A DNA stretch of 64,000 nt, from contig NC_068981.1 of NCBI RefSeq assembly GCF_001194135.2, forward strand, positions 57,337,121 through 57,401,120, given 5' to 3'. The notes beneath the pieces are model-generated. The model was not told where the DNA came from. It ran no database searches and saw only the letters and a list, made by a program, of their open reading frames with translations. This stretch comes from Octopus bimaculoides. Lineage: Eukaryota. How positions within the stretch are numbered: the first letter of the stretch is position 1; each line of letters opens with the position of its first letter. A program made the translations under genes and the position numbers. This document shows positions 15,336 through 28,376 of the stretch, one piece after another.

Positions 15336-18300
15336 AGCAAAACAATGACAATTTCTTTGCTCAGCTCAGATTCTAAACAACAAATTAGATGAAACAAGGG
15401 TAATTGAGATAGTCATTCGATCTGTTAGAAATAGCAGCTAAATCTCCCTCAAATCATATTCTACCATCTTGAATACAAGACACATTAATGTTGCCATTAA
15501 AGTCAACTGGGATATTTTATTTCATTGGTCTTAGAAGGGTGAAAGGTAAGGTTGACCTTGGCAGGATTTGAACTGAGAATGTAAAGAAGAGGTAATTGAA
15601 TGTTACAAGGCATTTTGTCCACTGATCTTCTGATTGTGACATTTAACCATCCTTAATCTCACCAAGGTCAACTCTGCTTTTCGATATTCTAGGATTGATA
15701 ATATAAAATACCAGTCAAATCTTGAGGTAAACTTAATCACTTATACCCTTACACCCAAATGTGTGGCCTGTTTCTAATGTTAGAAATCGATACAATCAGT
15801 TATCTTGAGCCATAAAGGAAATTATTTAAAATATGCTTTAGGCTTTAGTTTTTCATTACACTCAGACAGATGCATGCCATAAGATATTCTCACTTGGAAA
15901 TTAAGATTGTATTTTGGGATCTACCATCATTTGCCTCCCACCACATTGCATGGATATAATAATTTACTTTTTTGGAACAATTGTTTTTTACAACTAGAGG
16001 TTCTTCCTTCTTGTAACTTTGTGGTTCTCAATGATTTTTTTGCCCGTGGACACCTTCCTATTTTCTCTACTGGGCCCTCATAACCATTTGACATTTAAAA
16101 AAATATTATTATATTTTAATTATTAAATATTATTAGGAATTGTATTTAAAAATATTGTTAAAATATTTTGTATATTGTAGAAGAATAACCCGTTTATTGT
16201 AGATAAACTTTAACAACAAAATTTTATATGGAATTCCAAGGGCCATATGGACTCCAGTTGAGAACCACTGTTGCAATTGCTCAACCGTGAAACTGCTGCT
16301 GCTGTTATCAGTATTTAACCTCAGGTCAGCCTTGACTGAATTGAATCAAAGGGGTTCAAGCTACAATCAACCCCTTTCTGTTTAAGAAGGCAAGCATGAG
16401 CAACCTGCAGCACTCAGGCCACTTGTTGCCCTTCATGTCTTTTTCACATGGCACTCATTATTGTCACATTTATATAACCACAATAACATTTTCCCTTGAA
16501 TTTTACAACATAATCTTTAGGTGCAACTTGGTTAATTGGAACACTTACAGTTTTCTATTTCTCATTCACCCATGCTTTCTCTCAATCATTTTTTTTTTTT
16601 TAAGATTTACTTAATGTAATACACGTTTAGTAAATTATTTTTTGGACTGTGTGACCATATTTATAATGAGTGATATCTCATAAGGTCTGCTACTAGAAAA
16701 AGGTTGCCTGTATATCATTTGAGGTACTATACATCCAAGATTATTCCCCAATTTAGGACATGGTATGATTGAAGAATTATAATGATTGTTTGTATATCTT
16801 TATGAGATATACTATCATATTGATGACAGCTAGTATGATTTAACTTATCACCATAACTGTATGGTCAGTAATCTCACAGTAACTGTAAACAGTACATCAA
16901 GGAGATTTTACTGTACAAACAATTTAGAGATTTTCTTAGGGCAGACAATTGTTTACTTGCTTTTATGGAACAGAGTACAAACTGAATTTAAATTTAGAAT
17001 GAATGAACTGAATTCTTGAGGGGGAAATATTCATTGATGAGATATATGCCAATTAATAACATAGAAACTGTGATACACTATTTTTTTTTTTTTCCAAAGA
17101 ATATTTTGAGCCATTAAATCAGTGCTCTCTATATCTAGAATTGGTTAATATATAATTGACCATAACACTGTATGTGAAGTTGATTTTAATGAAACTAGAT
17201 TTCTGTTAAAGAGCTGTCAGTATAGTTAATATACATACTTTTTTCTTTCTTTTTTTCCTTTTTTTTTTTTTGTAGAAAAAGAAAATCAAAAGTCTCAAGT
17301 TCCAAAGACTCAGATAGTTGATGTAAAGCCAGTTTTGTGTCCTGTATGTGGGCAAGTATTTTCAAAGAGAAGTTTAATGAAGGAACATATGAACACTGTC
17401 CACCTCGTACACCAGGTAACTGACCTACCACCTGCAAACTAATTCTAAAAGTACTTCAGCTAAATCACTTTACATTTAGAAGAGACTTTCAAACATAAAC
17501 TAAATTATTAGAAGAGGATTGATGTAATATATGCAGTTGTGCTTTGTATCATAAAACACCAGTTTCATTGCTAAAATCAACTACAGTCAGTGCAGATGTT
17601 ATCTAATCTCTAAAGGTATTCATTTGAATCTTTTAATGGTATTTTTTAAGTACATCCCTTTTTACATTTTGATTCCAATTGTTAAGTCAAATTGCCATTC
17701 ATTTTAGTTTAGATATTTTGCTTAAATGTTGATCAATAATATATTTAACAAATTTCTCGTAAAAAATTTTCATCGCTACTTTTTTTTTTTTTTTTAAATG
17801 AAAAGGTTGGTTATCTTTAGACAAAAAGAAATATAATATATTTTTTTCATAATTCTCCTTCAGTTACTTCTGCTTAAATAACTTCTGCCATAAGAATGAG
17901 TAAAACTTTTCAGGAATTTTGATATTTATGTAATATGATGAGCAAATATATAATTGAACGTAAAAGCAAGGTACACTAGGAAGTTGCATTATTGATTTGA
18001 TAATTGCCACCTAATTCTTGCTACCATTTGTCAAAATGAGATCTGAAACCTTGTAGCTTCCATCAAGTTAATGAGCCTTTTTTTAACTCTTTTGACACCA
18101 ACTCAGCAAAGATCCTCCTTGGTTCTATGGTACAAATTTCATGATTTAAAGAGATTTAAATTAAAGCCTTCGATCAAAATTTCATTTTAACTTATGTTCC
18201 AAACACTAGCTCCATACTAACAATGTTATTTTACTAAATTCTTCATCATTTTCAAATTAATTTAAATAATGGTAGTACCGTGTGACTGGCCTGTACCATG

Positions 18301-19126
18301 TGACTGGCACTCGTGCCGGTGTCACGTAAAAGCACCCACTACACTCTCGGAGTGGTTGGCATTAGGAAGGGCATCCAGCTGTAGAAACTCTGCCAGATCA
18401 GATTGGAGCCTGGTGCAGCCATCCAGTTCACCAGTCCTCAGTCAAATCATCCAACCCATGCTAGCATGGAAAGCAGATGTTAAATGATGATGATGATGAT
18501 GAATGGTAGTGTTATTCAACAGAAATATGATAACAAGAGGGTTAAAGTCGTGAAGTTAATTTAGAAATCAAACAATAGGCTAATCAGATATTACCTTTAG
18601 AGCCCATGAAGATGGCAGGCAGTTTTATTAATAGAAATGTTCTTTAAATGGCCTTTGTCTGAAGAAGTTATAGTTTAATATCCAAGCAGTGAAACTTATG
18701 GAGATTTCAGTGTAGATGTGCATGGAAGACAATTGATAGGAGATTTTAAGATCTTATAGTATTAGTAGTGCCTAATTAATATAAAGCAATTTGATTATAT
18801 CTTTGTTCTGTTTGCTGCAGGAAAGCAAAGCAAGTACACAAGGTAACACAGCATCAACATCCACAACTGGTACAGAGTATAGTGATGTGAATGGTGATAG
18901 TCAGAGTTGTGCAAGTGATGAAGCAAATGAAATAAACCACTCTTCTCCCCAGCAGACTGCCAATTCTACATCTCCAGTGTCTGTTAGTTTGGTCAATATG
19001 AAAATGGAAATTTGTGTCCCTGAAAACCAATTGCATCCTTCAAGTGAAGATGACGAAATATTTAATGATGTCAGTCATAATTCACAGATGATTACTGACT
19101 GCAAGATGGACAGCTCTGAAAACTGA
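6574..19126 (+). CDS. ZNF423: ZNF423/ZNF521 (Oaz)-like multi-C2H2 zinc-finger transcription factor, 5'-partial; join(6574-6713,9136-12308,17276-17415,18821-19126), 1252 aa
   Basis: All introns are GT-AG, phases are consistent (2,1,0), and the join is 3759 nt ending in TGA. It contains family-diagnostic strings [87 protein letters not shown] and [24 protein letters not shown] count 30 C2H2 fingers plus one C4-type module. The start codon and preceding finger were not found in the window. Confidence 0.93.
9136..12308 (+). CDS. ZNF423: ZNF423-like giant coding exon (3173 nt)
   Basis: TTTAG acceptor completes the AGG codon (R-SDHLKSH); open for more than 1050 codons of C2H2 fingers; donor ATAG|GTATTT. 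Confidence 0.96.
16019..16270. mobile_element. hAT-type MITE in ZNF423 intron
   Basis: TIR (CA)GTGGTTCTCAA / GTTGAGAACCACTG; degenerate 8-bp TSD TTGTAACT / TTGCAATT. Confidence 0.7.
17276..17415 (+). CDS. ZNF423: ZNF423-like exon with last C2H2 finger ([22 protein letters not shown])
   Basis: Poly-T/TGTAG acceptor in phase 1; donor CAG|GTAAC in phase 0; not in the supplied ORF track. Confidence 0.88.
18821..19126 (+). CDS. ZNF423: ZNF423-like terminal exon, acidic Ser/Thr-rich tail
   Basis: TTTGCTGCAG acceptor in phase 0; open to TGA at 19124-19126. Confidence 0.8.
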   Translation, partial: ESKASTQGNTASTSTTGTEYSDVNGDSQSCASDEANEINHSSPQQTANSTSPVSVSLVNMKMEICVPENQLHPSSEDDEIFNDVSHNSQMITDCKMDSSEN

Positions 19127-22100
19127 AAATTGTATATTTTCATGTCAGTGACATTACAGCTATTGTAGCATATTCATCTTCATTATCTATATTGCCAACA
19201 TCATCTTCATTACATTGTTATCATTCTGAACATGAGCAACAATTACAACAAAAAAATATTCATTAGAAAACAATGACTCAAGTAACAATTTATTGAAATA
19301 ACTGCTTTTTGTGAGAAACTGAAACCAATTTTGAAGTTAATAGTCATATATTAAGCAATTATACCAATATAAAAAAAAAAAATATTGATCTAGTCTTAAT
19401 AAAAGATGGAATGATCACAGCTGGAATACTTTTGATCAGTCAAGGCTGACCTGGGGTTAAACAATAGCAACAACGACAACATTGGCCCCTGAAAACAAGC
19501 ATAGATTCTCTCCTGTTTTTCTTCTTCCTTTTGCATCATAAAACTGTTACCATATTATTCAACAATGATTTCCTAATGTGAAATAACTACTTATTTTTTA
19601 TCTGTGATACTGTGAAGTCCCAAAAAAAAAAAATTATTTGTCAAGTCTTTTTTTTTTTTCAGCTGCTACCTGAATATTTTATTTGCAATTTATAATCCTT
19701 TGTTGATTGAAAAACATCTTTCCTGGAAATCTTTTATATTTTCATCCCTTTAATCTGCTTGTAAATATAACTTAAAGCTTGATTTTTGAAAATAACTTGG
19801 TTTACTCTCATATTATTGAGACATAAATGAGGTGGTTACAAACTCTTGTAAATTAGAACAGAATCACAATGTTCTAACCCTTTCCACCAAAACGAAACTG
19901 GGTTAAATAAACATTGACTAAAGTTTTACTGTCAAATATTAATTGGAACAATACTGTTAATCTGAGAAACCTTCACAAAACCTTTCTATCACACACACAC
20001 ACACACACACTCTCTCTCTCTCTCTATCTATCTATCTATATATCTATCCATCTCACATACACACACTTACAGGAATGTGATGTGTATTCATCATAGTGTG
20101 AATAAGAAGCAAATTATGTTTCTCTGCACATGCACATACACACACTAGAATTTTCAATGTGTAAACAATCATACTTTGTTGGTGTTTTCTTGGACCTGTT
20201 GTAAAAGTTAAACTATGATTACTTAAGCAATGTACATTCCATGTCTTTGACAACCTTGCCAATATTTCTATTCTTTGCCCTATCAATGTTAATCATTTAA
20301 AATCAAATATTGTCATCTACAATGGAAAAGGATTCTGGCCCAGTTATTGTATCAACAGATAAGAAAGCCTGTATTTGATAAGATTACAAAGGGAATGTTT
20401 TTAGATCATTCTTTGTTCATACTAGCATTCTCAGACAGAAGTAGCCTATTAGGAAAATGGCTTTGTACTTAACAACAGTTAGGAAATATTTTGTAAAATA
20501 TTCCAAGAAAATTATAATTGTCACACATCTTCAAAACAAGTGTTTATTAAGGAAACAAAATTGAAATTGGTTAACATGATTCCACATATCATTTTCTTTA
20601 GGACTTTCTAAATCATGTATATTTGGGAAGAAAGGAATTAATATGAACAAAAAATTGTCTATGAAAGATTAAAGTCTAGATCCTAGAGAAAACCAGTTGA
20701 TGTATTATTTGATATAAAACAAAAACACTTATTGTTTGCTTCAAAATCAAATAGTTTCCTATCTATATGTTTATTTATGACTTGAGTTTAATCAACCTTG
20801 AAACAATTTTGTATTATTCTATGAGAAAATAATGTTTAGCAATCATTCATTTTCTAAAAGTCTTTTTCTTAATAATAAATGAAATTAGTTTCTTTTATTG
20901 TTTTTGATTTGTGAGAAATGGTCTGTACCTGGCTTACTTTCTGAGTGTCATTGTGGAATTCTGTGTGTGCTCTTTTAGAAATAGTTAAATGTTTTCAAAT
21001 CTTTTAGATAATAATTATTGTGTAGATTATCCATTACGCTGATATTTCAAATGTGAACAAAATTATTCCCTTTGAAGTTTATTTTTAAAGTGATTTTTTT
21101 TTTAATGTTAAAGCTTGTCACAAAATATATTTTAGAAATATGTTTACAAGCTAAAAAAAAAAAATTTTAAAGAAGTCGCCCAACCCCACCCAAGTCTGAC
21201 AACTTTCATAGTCCAGATTTTTTTTCAAACACCAAATTTTGTCCCTCAAGCTGAGGATATCTCTTTAATGTCAGTGTGCTGCAAGTGGCTGCTATTCAAA
21301 CCTGTGCTCTTTGAAACCTGCTGGCAATATGCTGCCTGAGCCATATTTTATTTAACCAGTTCTTTTGGCATCTACATCATCTATCTTACACCTCACTTCA
21401 AACCTTCGACTCTACTTTTTATTTTTATTATAATTGTAAATACATCTAGTTATTAGATGTATGGGTGTATATGTGTATATAAATCACCATCTTAAATGCT
21501 AGTATGTCTATGTCCACATCTATATTTAGATGTACATGTGTATGTTTATTCATCTGTTGGTTTTATCCCACCAACTAACCACTGTCCAAACAGACCAGAC
21601 ATATCTAAATGGTTTAAATTCCTTGACTGGACATGTCCACCAGGGGCAAATATATCTGCCCTGGCCTTGTTCTTCACAAAAGTCAAAGTCTACTCTGTAG
21701 TTTCTGTTGCTGTTATTGCAGTGCAATATGACACAATGCCTGTACAGAATGATCTAGGTCTATAATTTGTCTGCTGATTGAATGAAAGTGTTCTGGTGTT
21801 TACTCAAACATCAAATGTATTCAAATAAAATGATGAAATAAATTGTCTGTTTTTTTTTTTATTTTGTATTATGCACTCTGGAAAGTTTGTGAATCCAAAA
21901 TTATGAGATCCTGTTAATTGAAAAATTTAGTTAGCAGAACTTAAATCTAGTTGTCAAAAATTGTAAAAACAAAATGCTTCTACATAATTTTTTTTTCCAG
22001 ATATTCGCTGTAATAGTAGAGAGGATGAGTTATAGAACGGCAGTTAACATGTTTGTTTACAAATGTGCAGTGTGGAGAAATAACTCATTAACAAAACAAA

Positions 22101-23074
22101 GAAGAATTTTCAGATAAAAATATTAACTTCTTGACTAATTTTAAATGAATTTTGGTTGAATTATTCTTTGATAGTCTTAGTTTTGATGAAATTTTCTTTA
22201 ACATCTAATATTGAGTATACATGATGAAGGAGTAATATTCCATCATAAATCTGACCATAATGCATTAAATGCTAACCCTGTCAATATCAATACCTATTCA
22301 ACTACTTCTCATTCTGCTTTGAGGACTTACATCTCACCTTCATTCTGACATCATCATCTTGCACTGAACTCTTCCTAGCTCTTTCAATTGTTCTTGTTCT
22401 GGTTCTTCTGACACAGAGGTTGAAACCTTTCCATCTCAAACTATCTAGATCATTTATTCTATTTACCTTTCCATATTTGTTACCAATATAGTGGTTCTCT
22501 TAAACACCTTCCACACTTTTCTTGCCTGCAAACCTGACCGTTATTTTGATGTTCCAGTCTTTACATCCTTAGAATTGTTCAACCTTTGCCTAATTGTGTT
22601 TTCCTGTACTACATCATGCCTCTGCCTCTCTGAACATTCTAGTACTTTAAACAGAATGGTATAAGATGTAGATGTTTTGGTGTAGCTGTTTTTAGCAATG
22701 ACCTTTTTGACAATGGACAACTTCGAGCTAAAGGCATAAAGAAAGAGAGAGATGCATTGACATGGGAAATAGTTAAAATATGGTGTTTCCTCCCTTAATA
22801 TTTTTGATATATCAAAAGAAACATAACTTTATTTAGTTTTCCATTTTGATTGTAGTTTTCATGAGTACAATGTTTCAGTGCTGAAATGGTTGATACCAAA
22901 TGAGTTTAAGCATAATTAGAAGCACTGAACCTTAATTGAAGTCAACTAATTGGGCAACAATTCAACAAATACCTACAACAATTCTACACTGAAATAGTTA
23001 ACAGCAAATGTATTTCAATTCCAATTCATCCAAGATAGCTAAGCAAATATGACTGTAACAATATTCTGCAATGT

Positions 23075-23600
23075 TTAAGGCAGTAAGCTGGCAGAAACGT
23101 TAGCACGCCAGGGTCAATAAATTAAGTACCAGTTGGACCCCTCCTGCAAAATTTCAGGCCTTGTGCCTAGAGTAGAAAAGTATATATTTTAAGGCAGTGA
23201 GCTGGCAGAAACGTTAGCATGCCAGGCGAAATGCTAAGCAGTATTTCGTCTGCCATTACATTCTGAGTTCAAATTCCGCTGAGGTTGACTTTGCCTTTCA
23301 TCCTTTCGGGGTCGATAAATTAAGTACCAGTTACATACTTGGGTCGATGTAATCGACTTAATCCCTTTGTTTAGCCCCTTGTGGGCAATAAAGAAATAAG
23401 AAACGTTAGCACTCCGGGCAAAATGCTTAGCGGTATTTCATCTGTCTTTACGTTCTGAGTTCAAATTCCGCCAAAGTCAACTTTGCCTTTCATCCTTTCT
23501 GGGTCGATAAATTAAGTGCTAGCTGTGTACTGGAGTCAATCTTATTGACTGGCCCCCTCCCCCAAAATTTCAGGTCTTATGCCTTGAGTAGAAAAGAATA
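23075..23600 (+). mobile_element. Cluster of tandem/nested SINE copies (Nin/Deu-domain-like); others at about 15510-15790(-), 24385-24660(-), 44065-44250(+), 55378-55570(-)
   Basis: Repeated GGCAGAAACGTTAGCA head and GACTTTGCCTTTCATCCTTTCGGGGTCGATAAATTAAGTACCAG body; the family name is inference. Confidence 0.7.
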
Positions 23601-25618
23601 TTCTGCACTGTTTATCCACTTCCTTACACAAGTGGTTCGTTCTCAATTGTACTGCTTAAAGATCTGGAGGAATCTTCAATATCAGCTGCTAGTTACATCA
23701 TCCCAACAAGTTAACCAGTGCTCACAGTGCTTCCTATCACATTTAAACAGTGTTGGCTCATATCTTCACCAAAGTTGTGTGGCTGAGAAGCTTGCTTCAC
23801 AATCAAGTGGCTTTGGGTTCAGTCCCACTGTATGGAACCTTGAGCAAGTGGGTTGAACAAAGTCTTGTGATTGGACTTGGTAGATGGTAACTGAAAGAAG
23901 TCCATCGTATGTGTGTGTGTGTGTCTGCAAGTTTGTTGTGTTTGTCCCCCGCCAGTGCTTGACAACAGGTGTTGGTTTGTTTACAGCCCTGTAACTTAGT
24001 TCAGCAAAAGAGGGAAACAACAGAATAGATATCAGGCTTAAAAATAAGTACTGAGGTCAGTTTACTTGACTAAACCCTTCAGGTGGTGGCCCAGCATGGC
24101 CACTGTTCAATGACTAAAACAAGTAAAAGATAAAGACTATCACAATCCATGGAAACTACCCAGCAAAAATTTGATCTATACGTGTCCAGTTATATTTACC
24201 TCATCATGCTGGGAGCTTACAAACGTTTTGAGTATTGGCAATCTTCCTTTTCTTTTTTTATCTTTTAATCAGGAGAGAAGGCAGTACCCATGACCCATTC
24301 AAGGCTTTCAAGATTGGTGGGATAGAGAGAAAAAATTATTTTCAATCCGGAAACCTGACCTAAAGGCACCCAAAATGCCAGGTGATGGTGTTAAGCCAGA
24401 CAGAAGTCATGGCATGATTTGAACTCAGAACACAAGATGAACAGACTATAAGGCATCTAATCTGATATTCTTATGGTTTTGCTGATCCACTGCTCTGGAT
24501 TGGTACCTCTTTCTTTTTTATTATTATTATGGATCCTGAAAGGATGAAAGGCAAAATTGTCTTGTCAGGATTCGAACTCAGAACACAAAGAGGAGAACAA
24601 ATGCCAGAAAGTGTTCAATATGATGTTCTAAGAACTCTACCAGTTCACTGCCTAAATATTAATAATCACTCTGACTTATTAACTTCATTACTAACATTGC
24701 AATAACTTAAGTATTAAATAAAACTTTTACCACCTTGGGAGTTTTCCCCCTGTTCTCACTTCTCACCTGTACACATTCCAAAATCCCAGTTGAACCAAAT
24801 ATATAAGTTCCCACTAGCAGTATTTTGACAAACAATGTCTCAACTGTTTGTCTTGTAGGCCCCCTTTGCAAATCTGCATACCTATTAACTTTATTCATCT
24901 CTTTCATACATGGATATGTCAGATAATTCAATCACAGCTTGTTAACCAGTTCCTCTCCAGCTTACATTTTATTCAATCTGGTAATGTTGGCTTTATCATG
25001 TCACATACATTCTTCCTTTTTTCCTCAACAACCTACTTTCTGCTACTTCCAACCAAATACACTTATACAGAGATCACCTTTCATTCATTGATAACATATT
25101 GCAAGCAGGCATCACCCAAATGCAACTTATACACCTTACACCTGACATGTACCACTTCTATGAACAGAGACTTTGGAAACACATCCCTATGAGACTTGTC
25201 ACAGTCTACTGGATGTGGCATATATATATTTACTGACTATTCATTTTAACATACAATAAAATGTTTAAGGTTTTGGTTAATGAAAGTTTATAGGTTGATT
25301 GTTATTATTTATTGACAATATCTTACAAATATTCATAATTCAAAATGGCCACCCTCACTTTCACCATAGCCCTTGATCTTTTCTGTTATTTTGTTACCTC
25401 ACAATTCTTTATATCAACCATCAATGCTACAATTTGTTCATATTTTGTCTGAGCCACCATATTTAATTAAAGGTAAACAATAAAAAAAAGAGGGTTAGGA
25501 AGTTTTGTACAATATTTACAGCTATTTTTGTGAATAAGAATGTTTCAATTTATGTTTGAATAATGGGTAAATGTATATGCTGTACCTGGTGCTTAAACAG
25601 CACCTATACATTGTCATC

Positions 25619-26015
25619 GTGGAGGCGCAATGGCCCAGTGGTTAGAGCAGCGGACTCGCGGTCATAGGACAGCGGTTTCGATTCCCAGACCGGGCGTTGT
25701 GAGTGTTTATTGAGCAAAAACACCTAAAGCTCCACGAGGCTCCGGCAGGGGATGGTGGCAAACCCTGCTGTACTCTTTCACCACAACTTTCTCTCACTCT
25801 TTCTTCCTGTTTCTGTTTCTGTTGTGCCTGTAATTCAAAGGGTCAGCCTTGTCACACTGTGTCACGCTGAATATCGCCGAGAACTACGTTAATAGTACAC
25901 GTGTCTGTGGAGTGCTCAGCCACTTGCACGTTAATTTCATGAGCAGGCTGATCTGTTGATCGGATCAACTGGAACTCTTGACGTCGTAAGCGACGGAGTG
26001 CCAACAACAACAACA
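25619..26015 (+). mobile_element. Young tRNA-derived SINE with TSD
   Basis: A-box TGGCCCAGTGG, B-box GGTTTCGATTCC, TCG anticodon-like loop, (CAA)n tail, CpGs retained; 11-bp TSD ACATTGTCATC at 25608-25618 / 26016-26026. Confidence 0.88.
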
Positions 26016-26589
26016 ACATTGTCATCACATATACTGAGGTAACACAATCAAAACATTGTCGTCTCTGTTCATGAATAACTCAAGACTAAAACTTTCACAA
26101 ACCATACATATACAAGCCTTCATGACCTAAGTTATAACATATTTCCAAAACTGCATTGCAAAGACGATATTCCAACTTTAAACCCAGTGAACACTTCAGT
26201 ACTGTTTACTCTCAGATCCTCTACAATGCTTAAGTATACACCCACACCATAAAGTAGAGCTCATGTATCTAGGATAAAGCAGCTACAATACATACATAAA
26301 CAAGACTGTATCCAAAGAAAAGCCTGGTTGATTGACAAACCTTCACTCACTAACATTTTACAACTACTCCTTAGGACCATGGTGGCTCATGTATAGGAAT
26401 TGCAGAACTGCAGCACCCCTTATTTCCACTCAATATCATCAATAACATTCAATATAATGAATCATTTTTCTTTAATTCTTTCTTTATACTTGTACATTAT
26501 ATAATCCTTAAGCTTAATGTCAGTAGCCATCACCTAGTTTATGAAAAAAGTACAAAAATCCTTGTATAGAACTGTGCACTTCACAGTCC

Positions 26590-26730
26590 CAGCAATGCGG
26601 TGTTTGGCTGTTGTGCGCATGCTCACATGTCCGAGATAGGAAGCTTCACACTAGGGAGAGAGAGCACTGCATGAACGACAGTGCTGGCTGAAAGGTAGTG
26701 TTTCTTTTTGACTCCACGTGTGTTGTGCAT
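26590..26730. promoter_or_regulatory. Candidate promoter/enhancer-like patch
   Basis: Locally GC/CpG-richer; NRF1-like TGCGCATGC (26614-26622), E-box CACGTG (26715-26720), 7-bp hairpin AGCACTG/CAGTGCT; motif-only evidence. Confidence 0.3.
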
Positions 26731-27869
26731 AAAAATGTGTTTATATTCTTGAATGTGATAAAGTGTAGAATTAGATTATTATCCTGCTTCCAGCTTCAGT
26801 GTTGTTGCCAGGATTTGAAAAATAGGGCACATTTCCACCGCCCCTTTATTTTGTGATTTAGAAGGTATTTTTGAAAAACAAGGGGAAATTCGCATCGGTG
26901 TTCAGTGAACAAATTAAACACACTACTCGGCAGTGGCTAAAATGTGAACCAATCAAGTTTATGTATAAATTTTCTTTTTATATGTTTGATGATGATGATG
27001 TTTCCTTTTACACAACATTAAAGCAATGGCTAAAAATTTTCTGTGCTGCACCCCAACTAATTTTATCTACAAGCTACCAATGTTTAGGACACATAAACTA
27101 GCTCCTCTCTATTACCTGCATTGTTACTACAATAGTCCTCAATCCTATCCAAATCATCTGTAAATCAGAGCAAAAACTGGGGCACTACTCTCTTCCTATT
27201 GGAATAAAATGTGAAATATAATCCTACTCATATGGTTATACCCCATATATATATATGTATCCTTCTATAGAAAATCTATTGAGTTTATACTTTACAGGAG
27301 CAGGTTTAGTTAGGGGATGAAAACAATTATGGTTGTGAAAACATTTATTTCCCTATCATAGAAATTTAGGTACAATTTTCTAATATCAATGTATTTATTT
27401 AACAGCAGTTGTTTACAATAAAAATGCAAGTTTTCAAGTGATGGTCTGGAGAAAATCTAGACATATACAAATTATCCATTCTATTTGCTTTCTCCTATCT
27501 TTTGAATTCACTAGCGCTTGATGATATTTTTTACCAGCATAAAATTCATATATGTCTTGTTTAAATATATTTCTCTTCGCACGTTGAAGGCAACAAGGAT
27601 CCAGATTAAAATTATCAAAGGAACAGCAAAATCTGTTACGATTGGAAATAAAGTGGAGCTTAAGTTCTCACTGAATTAAGATGGTATCAGTGTTTTAATG
27701 TATATTAAGCTCAACGTTATATAACTTGGAAACAATACTCCAGCATAGAAGATTATTTTTATCTGCCAAAATGAAAGTAGGGAGTCTAGTTTAAGTTAAT
27801 GAAGAGGTCCAAGGGAAATAACTCTTGAAACCATTGCTATGACAACATCAAAATAAAAAAAATAAAAAA

Positions 27870-28376
27870 ATGAAGAAAATTATCGTGAAAAAAATGCCTG
27901 TATCTGGAAATTTTCTATCACAGGACTCTACACTACAAATAATCAATGCTGTAAGTAATGGAAATGTTGCAGTCACTCGAAAGTTATTACGATCAGGAAT
28001 TGATCCTAATATCCGTAATGATAAAAATCAGTCATTAATCTGCATCGCCAGCCGTGCAGGAAATTTAGCAGTAATAGACGAACTTCTTCAAAGGGGTGCC
28101 AAAGTCAATTTCGCGTCTACCGATGGTTGTACGGCTTTACATGTCGCAACTGAAGCTAAGCATGAAGATATTGTTAAAAGACTTATCGACGCTGGAGCTT
28201 CAACGACAGCAACAACTTTATCGGGTTTAAAGCCGATTGACTTAGCGAAATATGAAACTTCAATTTGGTATGCGCTGAGAAAGGCTGAGAATGATGAAAA
28301 AGCTAAATCCGAGGCAGGTTATGCTCAGACGTCGACCGCCAGAAATCGAAATCACACACTCCGTCGAAGCTCGTAG
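27870..28376 (+). CDS. Small ankyrin-repeat protein (about 3 ANK repeats, 168 aa)
   Basis: Uninterrupted ORF with ANK motifs (LLRSGIDPN, ASRAGNLAVIDELLQRGAKVN, GCTALHVATEAKHEDIVKRLIDAGA, GLKPIDLA); in-frame upstream TGA at 27840-27842. Confidence 0.85.
   Translation: MKKIIVKKMPVSGNFLSQDSTLQIINAVSNGNVAVTRKLLRSGIDPNIRNDKNQSLICIASRAGNLAVIDELLQRGAKVNFASTDGCTALHVATEAKHEDIVKRLIDAGASTTATTLSGLKPIDLAKYETSIWYALRKAENDEKAKSEAGYAQTSTARNRNHTLRRSS

Noticed and set aside
22024-22035. REDEL* as an ER-retention signal
   Set aside because: A nuclear zinc-finger protein has no signal peptide, so this is likely coincidence even if the exon is real.
25619-25690. tRNA-Arg gene
   Set aside because: The tRNA-like head continues into a SINE body with tail and TSD, and no complete acceptor stem is seen.
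26671-26712. SECIS-like ATGA...AAA...GA pattern
   Set aside because: Helix II pairing and spacing are poor, and there is no upstream in-frame TGA selenoprotein.
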